Origin: Myxococcales bacterium
Lineage (GTDB): Bacteria; Myxococcota; Myxococcia; Myxococcales; UBA5297
DNA: 64,000 bases
NCBI GenBank assembly: GCA_050288705.1
Contig: JBNKEI010000207.1
Location: 6,701 to 70,700, forward strand
Reading direction: 5' to 3'
The notes under the pieces were generated by a model, which saw only the letters and a list, made by a program, of their open reading frames with translations, had not been told where the DNA came from and searched no databases. A program made the position numbers and the translations under genes. Shown here piece by piece: positions 9,290 to 18,631 of this stretch; positions within the stretch are counted from its first letter, which is position 1; each line of letters starts with the position of its first letter.

Positions 9290-11152
9290 ATGAGCAAGAA
9301 GCTGCTTCTAGCTCTAGGCGGAAATTTCATTCTTCGGTTAGCGCTCATTCCTATTGTGCCTTTCGGATGGGGAGCAGTAGCAGCCCTGGGTTGGGGTATT
9401 TTGTCCGACCTAGGGATTGCCTTGTTGATTGCTCAGCCTAGTTTAATTGCTGCGAGTAATACCAGTCGTTGGAGCTTTTTTATCCTTGGGACATTGATAT
9501 GGTCTTGCTCGCTGTTTTGGTTAGCAATTCAGTTTGCTTTTTTTTGGGAATTTGGCACCAGACCAGATCATATTGTCGTTGACTATATTGCCTATACTGG
9601 TGAGATTACCGGGAATGTTTGGGAATCGTATCCGGTATTGGCTATCACGGCAGGTTGCTTAGTAATCGGAGCCTTATACACTGGAATTCCCAGCACGCCA
9701 AAAGCCTGTTCCTGGAGGCGCAGAGGAATGCAAGCTTTGGCAGGTTTAACCTTATTTATGGGCTCGGTTTTCTGGGTGCCTCCGCTAGCTGATGCCACTC
9801 ATCGGGAATTAGCAAAAAATGGTTCCGCTACTTTTATAAGGGCCGTTATTACCGGACAACTAGATTATTTTTCTCACTATACTGCGCTTCCCAATCAGCA
9901 GGCAATTAAGTTAGTGCGAAAAAAACTGGCTAGTGATTCAGAATGGTTGCGGTTCACTTCTGTAAACGGAATTCGGCGGGTTATGGTAAGCCCCCATGAT
10001 CGTCGAAATGTTAATGTAGTTCTAATTATTGCCGAAAGCTTGGGAAGTGAATTAACAGGTCTGAGTAAAGGCTTAAGTTTTACTCCCCAATTTGACAAAC
10101 TATTAGAGGAAAGTCTCGTTTTTACGCGATTTTATGCCACCGGCACGAGAACTGCCAGAGGATTGGAAGGCGTATGGGCGTCATTTCCGCCCATTCCGGG
10201 TAACTCGGTTTTGCAAAGAAAGCCTTTACGACCCATGGATACTCTGGCTTCGGTATTGCGAGAGCGCAAGTATCGCACAGTTTTTCTGTATGGGGGGAGA
10301 CCTGAGTTTGACGAGATGGGTCCTTTTGCTTTCAGGAACGGTTTTGAAGAGGTAATTGGTCAATCAGATATTCAATCAGAAATGCCTGGAAAAAAACCGG
10401 CTTTTTCTACTGCGTGGGGATACGCAGACGAAGTAGTATTTGATCGCGCGTTGCAAGAGCTACGAAAAAACCGAAGCTCTCACCCTAGACGGCCGCTATT
10501 TCTTTCGGTGCTTACGGTAAGCAACCATCGACCTTTTCTCTTTCCGCAACGAAATATTAAAGGAGAGCAGGGAACGCGAGAAGGAGCCACCCGCTATGCC
10601 GATTGGGCTCTGGGGCAATTTTTCCGTCAGGCGAAATCAGAAGGATTTGGCGCCAACACATTGTTTGTAGTGGTAGCTGACCACGGCCCGCGTTCATATT
10701 TAAGGAACCAGCTCCCGGTAGACGCTCACCGTATTCCTTTAGTATTTTGGGGTCCCGATTGGTTGCCAAAAGAAAAACTGGATAAGCCTATTGGTTCGTC
10801 GGTGGACGTTGCGCCAACTGTTATGGGTTTTTTGGGGGGGCAATACGAGGCTTCTTTTTTTGGTCACGACTTGATGCATGTTCCTGCTGATCAGGGGTGG
10901 GCTTTTCTTCAGAATAAACGTGATGTGGGAACACTACTTTCCAACCGTTTGGTAGTGGTAGGGTTTAATAATCAATTAGCCTCTATGGAAGTTGATTCTT
11001 TTGATCGACTGGGTTCTGCAAAGAAACTATCTTTGCAGGACCCAGCGGCAGCAATGGCAACTGCCTTTTTTCAGACCGCTTACCAGTTGTATACTTCCGA
11101 TTGTCTTGTGCCAGTCAGAACTACCACGGCGAAAAGAACCTCCACTAAATAA
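9290..11152 (+). CDS. LTA synthase / phosphoglycerol-transferase family sulfatase-fold membrane enzyme
   Basis: 620 aa. N-terminal multi-TM region followed by a sulfatase-fold domain (LIIAESLGSE..., VVVADHGPRS). Starts 27 bp after the VWA gene. Confidence 0.8.
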   Translation: MSKKLLLALGGNFILRLALIPIVPFGWGAVAALGWGILSDLGIALLIAQPSLIAASNTSRWSFFILGTLIWSCSLFWLAIQFAFFWEFGTRPDHIVVDYIAYTGEITGNVWESYPVLAITAGCLVIGALYTGIPSTPKACSWRRRGMQALAGLTLFMGSVFWVPPLADATHRELAKNGSATFIRAVITGQLDYFSHYTALPNQQAIKLVRKKLASDSEWLRFTSVNGIRRVMVSPHDRRNVNVVLIIAESLGSELTGLSKGLSFTPQFDKLLEESLVFTRFYATGTRTARGLEGVWASFPPIPGNSVLQRKPLRPMDTLASVLRERKYRTVFLYGGRPEFDEMGPFAFRNGFEEVIGQSDIQSEMPGKKPAFSTAWGYADEVVFDRALQELRKNRSSHPRRPLFLSVLTVSNHRPFLFPQRNIKGEQGTREGATRYADWALGQFFRQAKSEGFGANTLFVVVADHGPRSYLRNQLPVDAHRIPLVFWGPDWLPKEKLDKPIGSSVDVAPTVMGFLGGQYEASFFGHDLMHVPADQGWAFLQNKRDVGTLLSNRLVVVGFNNQLASMEVDSFDRLGSAKKLSLQDPAAAMATAFFQTAYQLYTSDCLVPVRTTTAKRTSTK

Positions 11153-11401
11153 ATAGTAATTGTAAGTCCGTGCTTGATCTTTGGTAATGGACTCTCTATT
11201 ATTGCTATATGTCTTCCTACTGTTCTGCATCGTATTGTCTGTTGGATGGCCGCCAGTTGTGGTTATGGCGTTGCCCGTCCTGGATATTGACGATGTTAGC
11301 GATATTTTCAGGACGGGGTTAAAGGCTTCCTTCCAATAATAGGTTCTGTTTTGAATGCGAAACTTTGCTTTTGAGCAAGGTTTGTATTTAAAAACAGCCA
11401 A

Positions 11402-11445
11402 TTGCAAAACCCGCCGTCTGGGAGCGGAAAATTTGGGTTTTGCAA
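11402..11445 (+). promoter_or_regulatory. hairpin in trpE leader (possible attenuator/terminator-like element)
   Basis: TTGCAAAACCC (11402-11412) pairs perfectly with GGGTTTTGCAA (11435-11445). It is followed by T-rich TTCTCTGAAAAATTCTATTTTTT and lies 44 nt before the trpE ATG. Confidence 0.3.
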
Positions 11446-11488
11446 TTCTCTGAAAAATTCTATTTTTTGAACTAAAAAAAGGATAGAT

Positions 11489-13075
11489 ATGTACACCCCT
11501 AACTTTTGTGAATTCGAGCTCCTTGCGGCTCAAGGAAATGTAGTACCCGTTTTTAAAAAAATTCCTTCTGATTTAGAAACACCCGTTTCAGTTTTTTTAA
11601 AATTGAAAGAATCAGCCCACTGTTGCTTGTTAGAATCGGTGGAAGGAGGAGAACAAGTTGGGCGTTACTCCTACATCATTATTAATCCATCACAAACTCT
11701 AACAATAGAAAAAAACAAGATTGTAATGCAATCAAAAGGGCGTAAAAACGAAGAAGAGATAGGAAATCGTAATCCCCTGCATATACTGCGTACATTTCTT
11801 TATGCCCATACTGCGGCGCAGGTGCCTGGTCTTCCTGAATTTGCTGGTGGGGTAGTGGGATTTCTTTCCTATGATATTGTTCGTCGATTTGAGCCTGTGG
11901 AGCCTGTAGCGCCCGTAAAGCCCATTTTGTCTTCGCCTGCTGTACGGTTTCCAGATGCCAGTCATTCAGACAAGGAATTATTGCCGGAGGCAATGTATTT
12001 TCTGGCGGACACCGTTGTTGCTCTAGATCACGTACAGCACTGCACTTTTGTTATTGTTAACGCTCACATAAAAGATTCTCCGCGTGCTGCTTATAATGAA
12101 GCCACCGAGCGCCTTGAGTATATTTTGAACAAACTGCAAAGTCCTGCTCCTTCCAAGGTAGAGGCGAAGTCGCTATCTGGATTTCCCAAATCTTTGGAAA
12201 TAAAATCGAATACACCCTGCGATAGATATCTAGAAATGGTAAAAACCGCTCAAGAACACATTGCTGCCGGGGATATTTTTCAAGTGAATTTGTCTCAAAG
12301 ATTTCAGCAAGAAACCGGGGCTGATTCATTTTCTATCTACCGGTGTTTGCGTAGGCTAAATCCTTCTCCTTACCTGTTTTACTTGGACTGCGGTCCTTTT
12401 CAACTCATTGGTTCTTCTCCAGAGATTTTGGTGCGACTGGAGGGCGATATTGCTCAGATTGACCCCATTGCTGGAACCCGTCGTCGCGGTATTGACCAGC
12501 AAGAAGACAAGGAATTGGCAACTGAGCTTCAACGCGATTCTAAGGAAATATCCGAACATGTAATGCTGGTAGATCTGGCTCGTAATGACCTGGGAAGGGT
12601 TTGTGAATATGGGAGCGTGGAAGTTTCAAAATACATGAACGTAGAGCATTACTCGCACGTTATGCATTTAGTATCACGGGTATCGGGTCGACTCCAGAAT
12701 GACCAAGATGCTTTTGACCTACTCCAAGCTACTTTTCCGGCCGGAACCGTAACCGGGGCGCCGAAAATTCGTGCCATGCAAATAATTCAAACTTTGGAAA
12801 CTAATAATCGCGGAATATATGCTGGTGCAATAGGGTGCTTTGGTTTTCCGATTAATTGCGAGTCAGCGGCAAGTAAAGAAAAAAAGCCCAAGGTCTCGAA
12901 AATGGATTTGTGTATTGCTATTAGGACAATAGTAAAACGCGGAAAAACAGTTTTCTTGCAAGCGGGAGCAGGCATTGTTGCTGATTCCGATCCGCAACGA
13001 GAATATCAAGAGTGTATGCATAAAGCGAAAGCCTTGTTTGAAGCCATTTATTTAGCAGAAGGAGAAAGCAAATGA
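11489..13075 (+). CDS. trpE: anthranilate synthase component I
   Basis: 528 aa, full-length chorismate-binding enzyme pattern (LESVEGGE..., [19 protein letters not shown]). Overlaps trpG by ATGA. Confidence 0.95.
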   Translation: MYTPNFCEFELLAAQGNVVPVFKKIPSDLETPVSVFLKLKESAHCCLLESVEGGEQVGRYSYIIINPSQTLTIEKNKIVMQSKGRKNEEEIGNRNPLHILRTFLYAHTAAQVPGLPEFAGGVVGFLSYDIVRRFEPVEPVAPVKPILSSPAVRFPDASHSDKELLPEAMYFLADTVVALDHVQHCTFVIVNAHIKDSPRAAYNEATERLEYILNKLQSPAPSKVEAKSLSGFPKSLEIKSNTPCDRYLEMVKTAQEHIAAGDIFQVNLSQRFQQETGADSFSIYRCLRRLNPSPYLFYLDCGPFQLIGSSPEILVRLEGDIAQIDPIAGTRRRGIDQQEDKELATELQRDSKEISEHVMLVDLARNDLGRVCEYGSVEVSKYMNVEHYSHVMHLVSRVSGRLQNDQDAFDLLQATFPAGTVTGAPKIRAMQIIQTLETNNRGIYAGAIGCFGFPINCESAASKEKKPKVSKMDLCIAIRTIVKRGKTVFLQAGAGIVADSDPQREYQECMHKAKALFEAIYLAEGESK

Positions 13076-13647
13076 TTTTAGTAATCGATAATTACGACTC
13101 ATTTACCTATAATCTGGTACAGTATTTTGGAGAATTAAAGGCGGAGCCACGGGTGTTTCGTAATGATCAGATATCAGTAAAAGAAATCGAGCGTCTTTCG
13201 CCAACTCATATTGTAATTTCACCCGGTCCGGGTTCGCCACGAGAGTCAGGAGTATCAAACGACGTGATTCTTCAGTTTTACAAAAAAATACCGATTTTAG
13301 GGGTTTGTTTAGGGCACCAATGCATTGGCCACATTTTTGGTGGTCGAGTAGATCGGGCAACGAAACTTATGCATGGTAAGACCTCGGCAATTTTTCACAA
13401 TGGAAAAGGAGTTTTCCGAGGACTAGAGAACCCTTTTCGCGCAGGAAGGTATCATTCGCTTATTGTGCAAGAACCACTGCCTGATGAGCTACAAGTAGTT
13501 GCGCGAACTGCCGAAGGTGAAATTATGGCCATAAAGCACCAGCAATACTCGTTAGTGGGAGTACAGTTTCACCCGGAAAGTGTTCTAACTGAGCATGGTC
13601 TGGCCATACTTACCAACTTTCTTAATGACAACCTTGGCGCAAATTAG
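13072..13647 (+). CDS. trpG: anthranilate synthase component II / glutamine amidotransferase
   Basis: 191 aa. [18 protein letters not shown], catalytic GVCLGHQ, and HPES near the C-terminus. Confidence 0.9.
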   Translation: MILVIDNYDSFTYNLVQYFGELKAEPRVFRNDQISVKEIERLSPTHIVISPGPGSPRESGVSNDVILQFYKKIPILGVCLGHQCIGHIFGGRVDRATKLMHGKTSAIFHNGKGVFRGLENPFRAGRYHSLIVQEPLPDELQVVARTAEGEIMAIKHQQYSLVGVQFHPESVLTEHGLAILTNFLNDNLGAN

Positions 13648-13675
13648 GTGACCGTGAAGATGCAAATACAGTAAG

Positions 13676-16258
13676 ATGCGTTCTATGTCTACCTCCAACC
13701 AACTTATCAGTTTTTTGCCATCCCCAGGATCATCAATTACTGGGGATGAGCTTCTTAGTCGGTTTTTAGCCTATGCAGAGTCCAAAGGCTTAAACCTGTA
13801 TGCTGCTCAGGAAGAAGCTATTCTTGAGCTTTATTCTGGTAAACACGTGATTTTAGGAACTCCTACTGGTTCGGGCAAATCGCTGGTTGCCGAGGCTTTA
13901 CATTTTAAAGGACTGGCTGAAGGAAAAGTTTCTTATTACACTTGTCCAATAAAAGCTTTAGTTAACGAAAAGTTTTTTGCCTTATGCGAAACTTTTGGTG
14001 CAGAAAACGTCGGCATGATGACTGGCGATGCTGCGGTTAATCGGGAAGCCCCAATTATTTGTTGCACCGCCGAAATTCTCATGAACCTTACTTTGCGAGA
14101 AGAGGGCTCGGGAATTGATTATGTCATTATGGACGAATTCCATTATTACGCCGATAAAGAACGAGGAGTGGCCTGGCAAATCCCTTTGCTTTCCCTGCCT
14201 TTTTCCACCTTTTTGCTGATGTCTGCCACTTTGGGGCCTACCAATTATATTGAGGAAAAGATCAAATCGCTTACACGGCGGGAAATTGCTGTGGTGACCG
14301 GACTTGAACGGCCGGTTCCTTTAGAATTTGAATATAGCGAAGTTCCTCTTCATGAAACTATTGCCCATTTGGTTGAAAAGGAACAGGCGCCCATCTATTT
14401 GGTAAATTTTACTCAACGTTCCGCTGCCGAACAGGCTCAGGCTCTTACCTGCGTTAATCTTTGCAATAAACAAGAAAAAGAAGCTATTCGCATTGCAATG
14501 CAAGGAGTCAAATTTGATACTCCCTATGGAAAAGACATGCAGCGTTTTTTGCGAGCAGGTATTGGTTTACATCATGCCGGGATTATGCCCAAATATCGCC
14601 GACTTACTGAGCGGCTAGCTCAAAAAGGAATGCTGAAAGTGATTAGTGGTACCGATACTTTGGGAATGGGTATTAATATTCCTATTCGTACGGTATTATT
14701 TACCCAACTTTGCAAATTCGATGGCCATAAAATGGGTATTCTCAAAAGCCGCGATTTTCACCAAATTGCTGGCCGAGCGGGAAGAAAAGGATACGACGAT
14801 CATGGTTTGGTGGTGGCGCAAGCTCCTGAACACGTAATTGAGAATATTCGCCTGACCGCAAAAGCAGCAGGGGGGAAAAAAATTCAAAAAAAGCAGGCTC
14901 CTCAAAAGGGCTATGTCCATTGGGACAAGAACACCTTTGAGCGTTTGCGTGAAAAACAGCCTGAACCCTTGGAAAGCCGTTTTACCATTACCCATGGAAT
15001 GCTTATAAATCTATTGCAAGCTGACGAGTTGTGGCCCAGAGGCGGATACGGAAGACTGGTAGAACTAATTGCCCGTTCTCACGAGAGTGAGCATGCCAAG
15101 CGTAATCACCGCCGAAGAGCGGCTCAGCTATTTCAGTCTTTGCTGCAATCTGAAATAGTACAGACTTATCGCTATTCGCAAGGAAGAGGAAGCTACGTAG
15201 AAGTGAGTCAAGATTTGCAGCAAGAATTTTCTTTATTTCATTCTTTATCGCTTTATTTGGTAGAAGCTATAGAAGCTCTCGATCGGGAAAGTGAAACTTA
15301 TGGGCTTGATTTGCTTTCCATGGCGGAAGCCATTTTAGAAGACCCAACCATAGTGCTTTTGCGCCAAGTAGATAAATTGAAGCAAGAAAAGCTAGCCGAG
15401 CTCAAAGCGCAAGGCGTTCCCTACGAAGACCGAATTGCCGAATTGGAAAAAATCGAGCACGTGAAGCCCAATGCCGAGTTTATTTGGGGAACTTTTGCTG
15501 CTTTTGCTCAAAAACATCCCTGGTTGGGGAGCGCAGATTTGCGGCCAAAATCGGTTGCCCGCGATATTTTTGAACGATTGAGCTCTTTTCAGGATTACGT
15601 AGTGGAATATGGTTTGCAGAGAAGCGAAGGAGTGTTGTTGCGTTATCTTTCTGATGCCTATCGAGTTCTTGCTAATACCATTCCGGAATCGGCCAGAGAT
15701 GATATTGTTGAAGACATTCTTACTCATTTAAAAGAAATGGTGCGCAATGTCGATTCTAGTCTTTTGGACGAGTGGGAGCGCATGCGCGGTGGGCAAAGTG
15801 AAACCAAATGGGAAGATGCCGCTGCCCAGTTTTCTACGGAAGAAGAAAAGTCTGCCAGTTCATCGGTGGAATTGGAGCGTTTAATACAAAATCCCAAAGC
15901 ATTTGCTTCTCGGGTACGTAACGAATTGCACCAATTGCTTCGCGCTTTGGCGGGCAAGAAGTATGAGGAAGCCTTGCAGTATATTCGCCATTTGGAGGGA
16001 GAACCAGAGTGGACAGTGGAATCTTTAGAACAAGCTATGGCTCCCTATTGGGAAGAACACGCTTTTATTGATTTAAAACCCAGATCGCGACTACCGCACA
16101 ATACTTTGATTAGAGAACAAGGAAATCGCTGTTGGGAAGTTATTCAAAAAATTGTCGATCCGGAAGGTGAAACCGACTGGATGTTGGATTGTATTGTTGA
16201 TTTTAATAATTCCCTTCCGGAAGCGGCTTGGATTACTTTGCGTCGCATAGGAATTTAG
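13676..16258 (+). CDS. Ski2-like DEAD/DEAH-box helicase with long C-terminal extension (DUF3516-type)
   Basis: 860 aa. Walker A GTPTGSGKS, DEFH box, SAT motif (MSATLG), motif VI QIAGRAGRKG, then about 450 aa of helical C-terminal region. Confidence 0.85.
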   Translation: MRSMSTSNQLISFLPSPGSSITGDELLSRFLAYAESKGLNLYAAQEEAILELYSGKHVILGTPTGSGKSLVAEALHFKGLAEGKVSYYTCPIKALVNEKFFALCETFGAENVGMMTGDAAVNREAPIICCTAEILMNLTLREEGSGIDYVIMDEFHYYADKERGVAWQIPLLSLPFSTFLLMSATLGPTNYIEEKIKSLTRREIAVVTGLERPVPLEFEYSEVPLHETIAHLVEKEQAPIYLVNFTQRSAAEQAQALTCVNLCNKQEKEAIRIAMQGVKFDTPYGKDMQRFLRAGIGLHHAGIMPKYRRLTERLAQKGMLKVISGTDTLGMGINIPIRTVLFTQLCKFDGHKMGILKSRDFHQIAGRAGRKGYDDHGLVVAQAPEHVIENIRLTAKAAGGKKIQKKQAPQKGYVHWDKNTFERLREKQPEPLESRFTITHGMLINLLQADELWPRGGYGRLVELIARSHESEHAKRNHRRRAAQLFQSLLQSEIVQTYRYSQGRGSYVEVSQDLQQEFSLFHSLSLYLVEAIEALDRESETYGLDLLSMAEAILEDPTIVLLRQVDKLKQEKLAELKAQGVPYEDRIAELEKIEHVKPNAEFIWGTFAAFAQKHPWLGSADLRPKSVARDIFERLSSFQDYVVEYGLQRSEGVLLRYLSDAYRVLANTIPESARDDIVEDILTHLKEMVRNVDSSLLDEWERMRGGQSETKWEDAAAQFSTEEEKSASSSVELERLIQNPKAFASRVRNELHQLLRALAGKKYEEALQYIRHLEGEPEWTVESLEQAMAPYWEEHAFIDLKPRSRLPHNTLIREQGNRCWEVIQKIVDPEGETDWMLDCIVDFNNSLPEAAWITLRRIGI

Positions 16259-16325
16259 ATAACTTTAATGGTGATTTATTTGTGTTGACAGTTAATTTAA
16301 CCAGAATAGCTAATTAGGAGCATTT

Positions 16326-18107
16326 ATGAAACGAAATCTAAAAGTTAAATCACTTCCTAAAGCTACTGCCGTTTTTCAAATCGAACCCAGCCAGTCGAAA
16401 GAAGGCACTGAAGATTTGGTTGTTCTGGAATTTCACGTAAAAGAAACCATTAGTTATCCCTATCAAGGCAAGGTGGAGGTGGTCACTTACTCGGACCTTG
16501 ATTATGCCGCACTAGTGGGAAAGCAATGCGCTTTGGTGCTTTCTCGCGGACAAAAGCAGGAAAGAACGTTTACCGGAATTGTTTTTCGGGCAGAAATTAT
16601 AGGGCAGAGCGCTGGCCAAGCTACAGTTCGATTTGACATTGCTGCGGCAGTTTATGCTCTTCAGTACGGAAAACGTAGCCGAGTTTTTGAAAACAAATCC
16701 TCTGCGCAAATAATTGAAGAAGTACTCTCTCAAGGTTTGAAGCCTTTTCAGAGGGAAGTAGAAGTAAAGCTGGCCAAGCAATATTCTCCTAGGGAGTGCT
16801 GCGCTCAATATGAAGAGAGCGATTTAGGTTTTGTTCATCGCTTAATGGCAGACGAGGGAATGTTTTACTATTTTGACCAAACCGGCAAAACTGAAAAGTT
16901 GGTATTAGTGGACAGCAACGACGCTTGCCCAGAGCTTACCACCAAAAAAGTCCCCGAAGTAAAAGCGGTAGAGCCATTGCCTCCTCCTAGACTAGACACG
17001 ATAACTTTACGAGTAGTTGAAAACGAGTCCGGTGAACCCATACCGGGAGTAAAAGTTAAGATTAAGTTGCTTTCCGGAATGGAAGAAACAATGACTACTA
17101 ATAAAGAGGGACTTGCTGAAAAGCAGGTAGAACCAGCGACTTATCGAATTTTCAGCTCTTATGCCGGCAAGCACTCTGACCAGTACCTAGAATTCGTGGG
17201 AGAGGGTGAGTCTCCTATTGCAACCGACGATTCGGCATCTTCGGGATCATCCCCCAGTAAAGACAAACCCAATACTGCGCAATGGCCTAGTGAATTAATT
17301 ATATGCAAAGTAGAAAAACACAAAGTGAAAATCGGCGAGACTCTACTTTCATTAGCACGCGATTGTGCAATGACTGCCGAAGAATTGGCTTATTACAATT
17401 GGGGAACCTGGGAGAAAGATCATATTGAAATGTATATGCGCACCAAAGTGGGGTGCACTAAGAAAAACCAACAGGGAAAATACTGCTTTGATGATTCTGA
17501 TGATCCAGGAATTATTTTTTGCCCCCAGGATTGGGAGCTAAACGACGTTCCGCGAAATAAATTGCATACTTTACGGGTGCGTAAGGTGGATAGGGAATTC
17601 GAAAACTCAGCGCTGAGAGAAAATGAACCTTCTCAGCAGTTCGCCGATACCGAGCAGGCAGGGCAAGCTATATCGAAAAAGTCGCCCAATGAAGAAAGCC
17701 AAAGTGAAGAAGTAAAATCGCCGGCAATGGCTGAGAAAAAAACCGACCAAAGTGCGGATAATAGAATCCCTATTAAAATTGAATCTATTAGTTTCGAGGG
17801 CAGCGATGGGAAAGCCAGAAGTCTTTGCCTGGCATTAGACCAGGCTATTTTACAAGAAATACAACGCAGCAGTCAGGTTCGGTTTCCAAAAACTGATGGC
17901 GGCGAGCAAATAGAAGGGGGGCGGTGGATAATGAATGGAAGTTCGTTTGTTTTGTCAGGCGTAATTAGGTTAACGATAAAGCTGATTGACGTGGAGACTT
18001 CTGAGCTGCATTTGGTTGTTAATAAAAAATCCGCTAGTATTGATCCGCAGTCCACCGCAGTAGAAATTGTGCGCGGAATTGAATCAATTGCGCAGGGGAA
18101 AAAGTAG
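16326..18107 (+). CDS. chimeric protein: VgrG/phage gpD N-terminal module + Ig-like + LysM-like + CsgG/LpoB-like C-terminal module
   Basis: 593 aa, AGGAG Shine-Dalgarno. Residues ~20-205 match VgrG N-terminal motifs (RVFENKSSAQIIEEVL; RECCAQYEESDLGFVHRLMADEGMFYYF; KLVLVDS). These are followed by LRVVENESGEPIPGVKVKI...ATYRIF, then HKVKIGETLLSLARDCAMTAEELAYYNWG, an acidic linker, and a C-terminus containing IRLTIKLIDVETSELHL. Confidence 0.7.
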   Translation: MKRNLKVKSLPKATAVFQIEPSQSKEGTEDLVVLEFHVKETISYPYQGKVEVVTYSDLDYAALVGKQCALVLSRGQKQERTFTGIVFRAEIIGQSAGQATVRFDIAAAVYALQYGKRSRVFENKSSAQIIEEVLSQGLKPFQREVEVKLAKQYSPRECCAQYEESDLGFVHRLMADEGMFYYFDQTGKTEKLVLVDSNDACPELTTKKVPEVKAVEPLPPPRLDTITLRVVENESGEPIPGVKVKIKLLSGMEETMTTNKEGLAEKQVEPATYRIFSSYAGKHSDQYLEFVGEGESPIATDDSASSGSSPSKDKPNTAQWPSELIICKVEKHKVKIGETLLSLARDCAMTAEELAYYNWGTWEKDHIEMYMRTKVGCTKKNQQGKYCFDDSDDPGIIFCPQDWELNDVPRNKLHTLRVRKVDREFENSALRENEPSQQFADTEQAGQAISKKSPNEESQSEEVKSPAMAEKKTDQSADNRIPIKIESISFEGSDGKARSLCLALDQAILQEIQRSSQVRFPKTDGGEQIEGGRWIMNGSSFVLSGVIRLTIKLIDVETSELHLVVNKKSASIDPQSTAVEIVRGIESIAQGKK

Positions 18108-18631
18108 AGTATTCACGAATTGATTTAAGTCGAAGGGCTCTGTCGCATTAACTTTTTTGCCATACTTACAGTGAATTTTTATTATTATTCAAGAAATAAA
18201 CAATTATATTGCATAAGCTAACACCTTGATTTTATTATATTTACTCTAAGAGATATATTTTGACCAGAAGTCAAATTTGACTCTATGTCAATTAATGCGA
18301 CAGAATCATAAATCCATTGCATTGCAAGCTCCTTGGCGCTCCGCACGGCCAATGCAACATTTTCTTGGCGGCACTCGTCTCCACCTGCGCAAATAATCGT
18401 AATCACCTGCTTAATCACTTGCACAATTTATGTACCTCTTATTTATCTCCAATCTTGGGTCGTGCCTGCTGATACACCTCGTGCTCCTTACTCTATTTTC
18501 CTGCAACATCAACAACCATGACTGCGCAATACGAAAGAGTAGCCTCTTGCTCCCGGCAGGGTTGGCGCCCTAAATTTCAACAAAGTGAAGTGGGTTAGTT
18601 TTGCCCAGAGGGGCACTCAGGGGGAAAGGCA

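Noticed and set aside
18218-18424. 68 aa minus-strand ORF (GTG start, AAGAGG 10 nt upstream) in the VgrG-like/ftsH spacer.
   Set aside because: It has no recognisable motif. Its 3' half runs through the very AT-rich, palindrome-containing segment, and the composition changes mid-ORF. I kept it as a note inside the inverted-repeat finding rather than as a feature.
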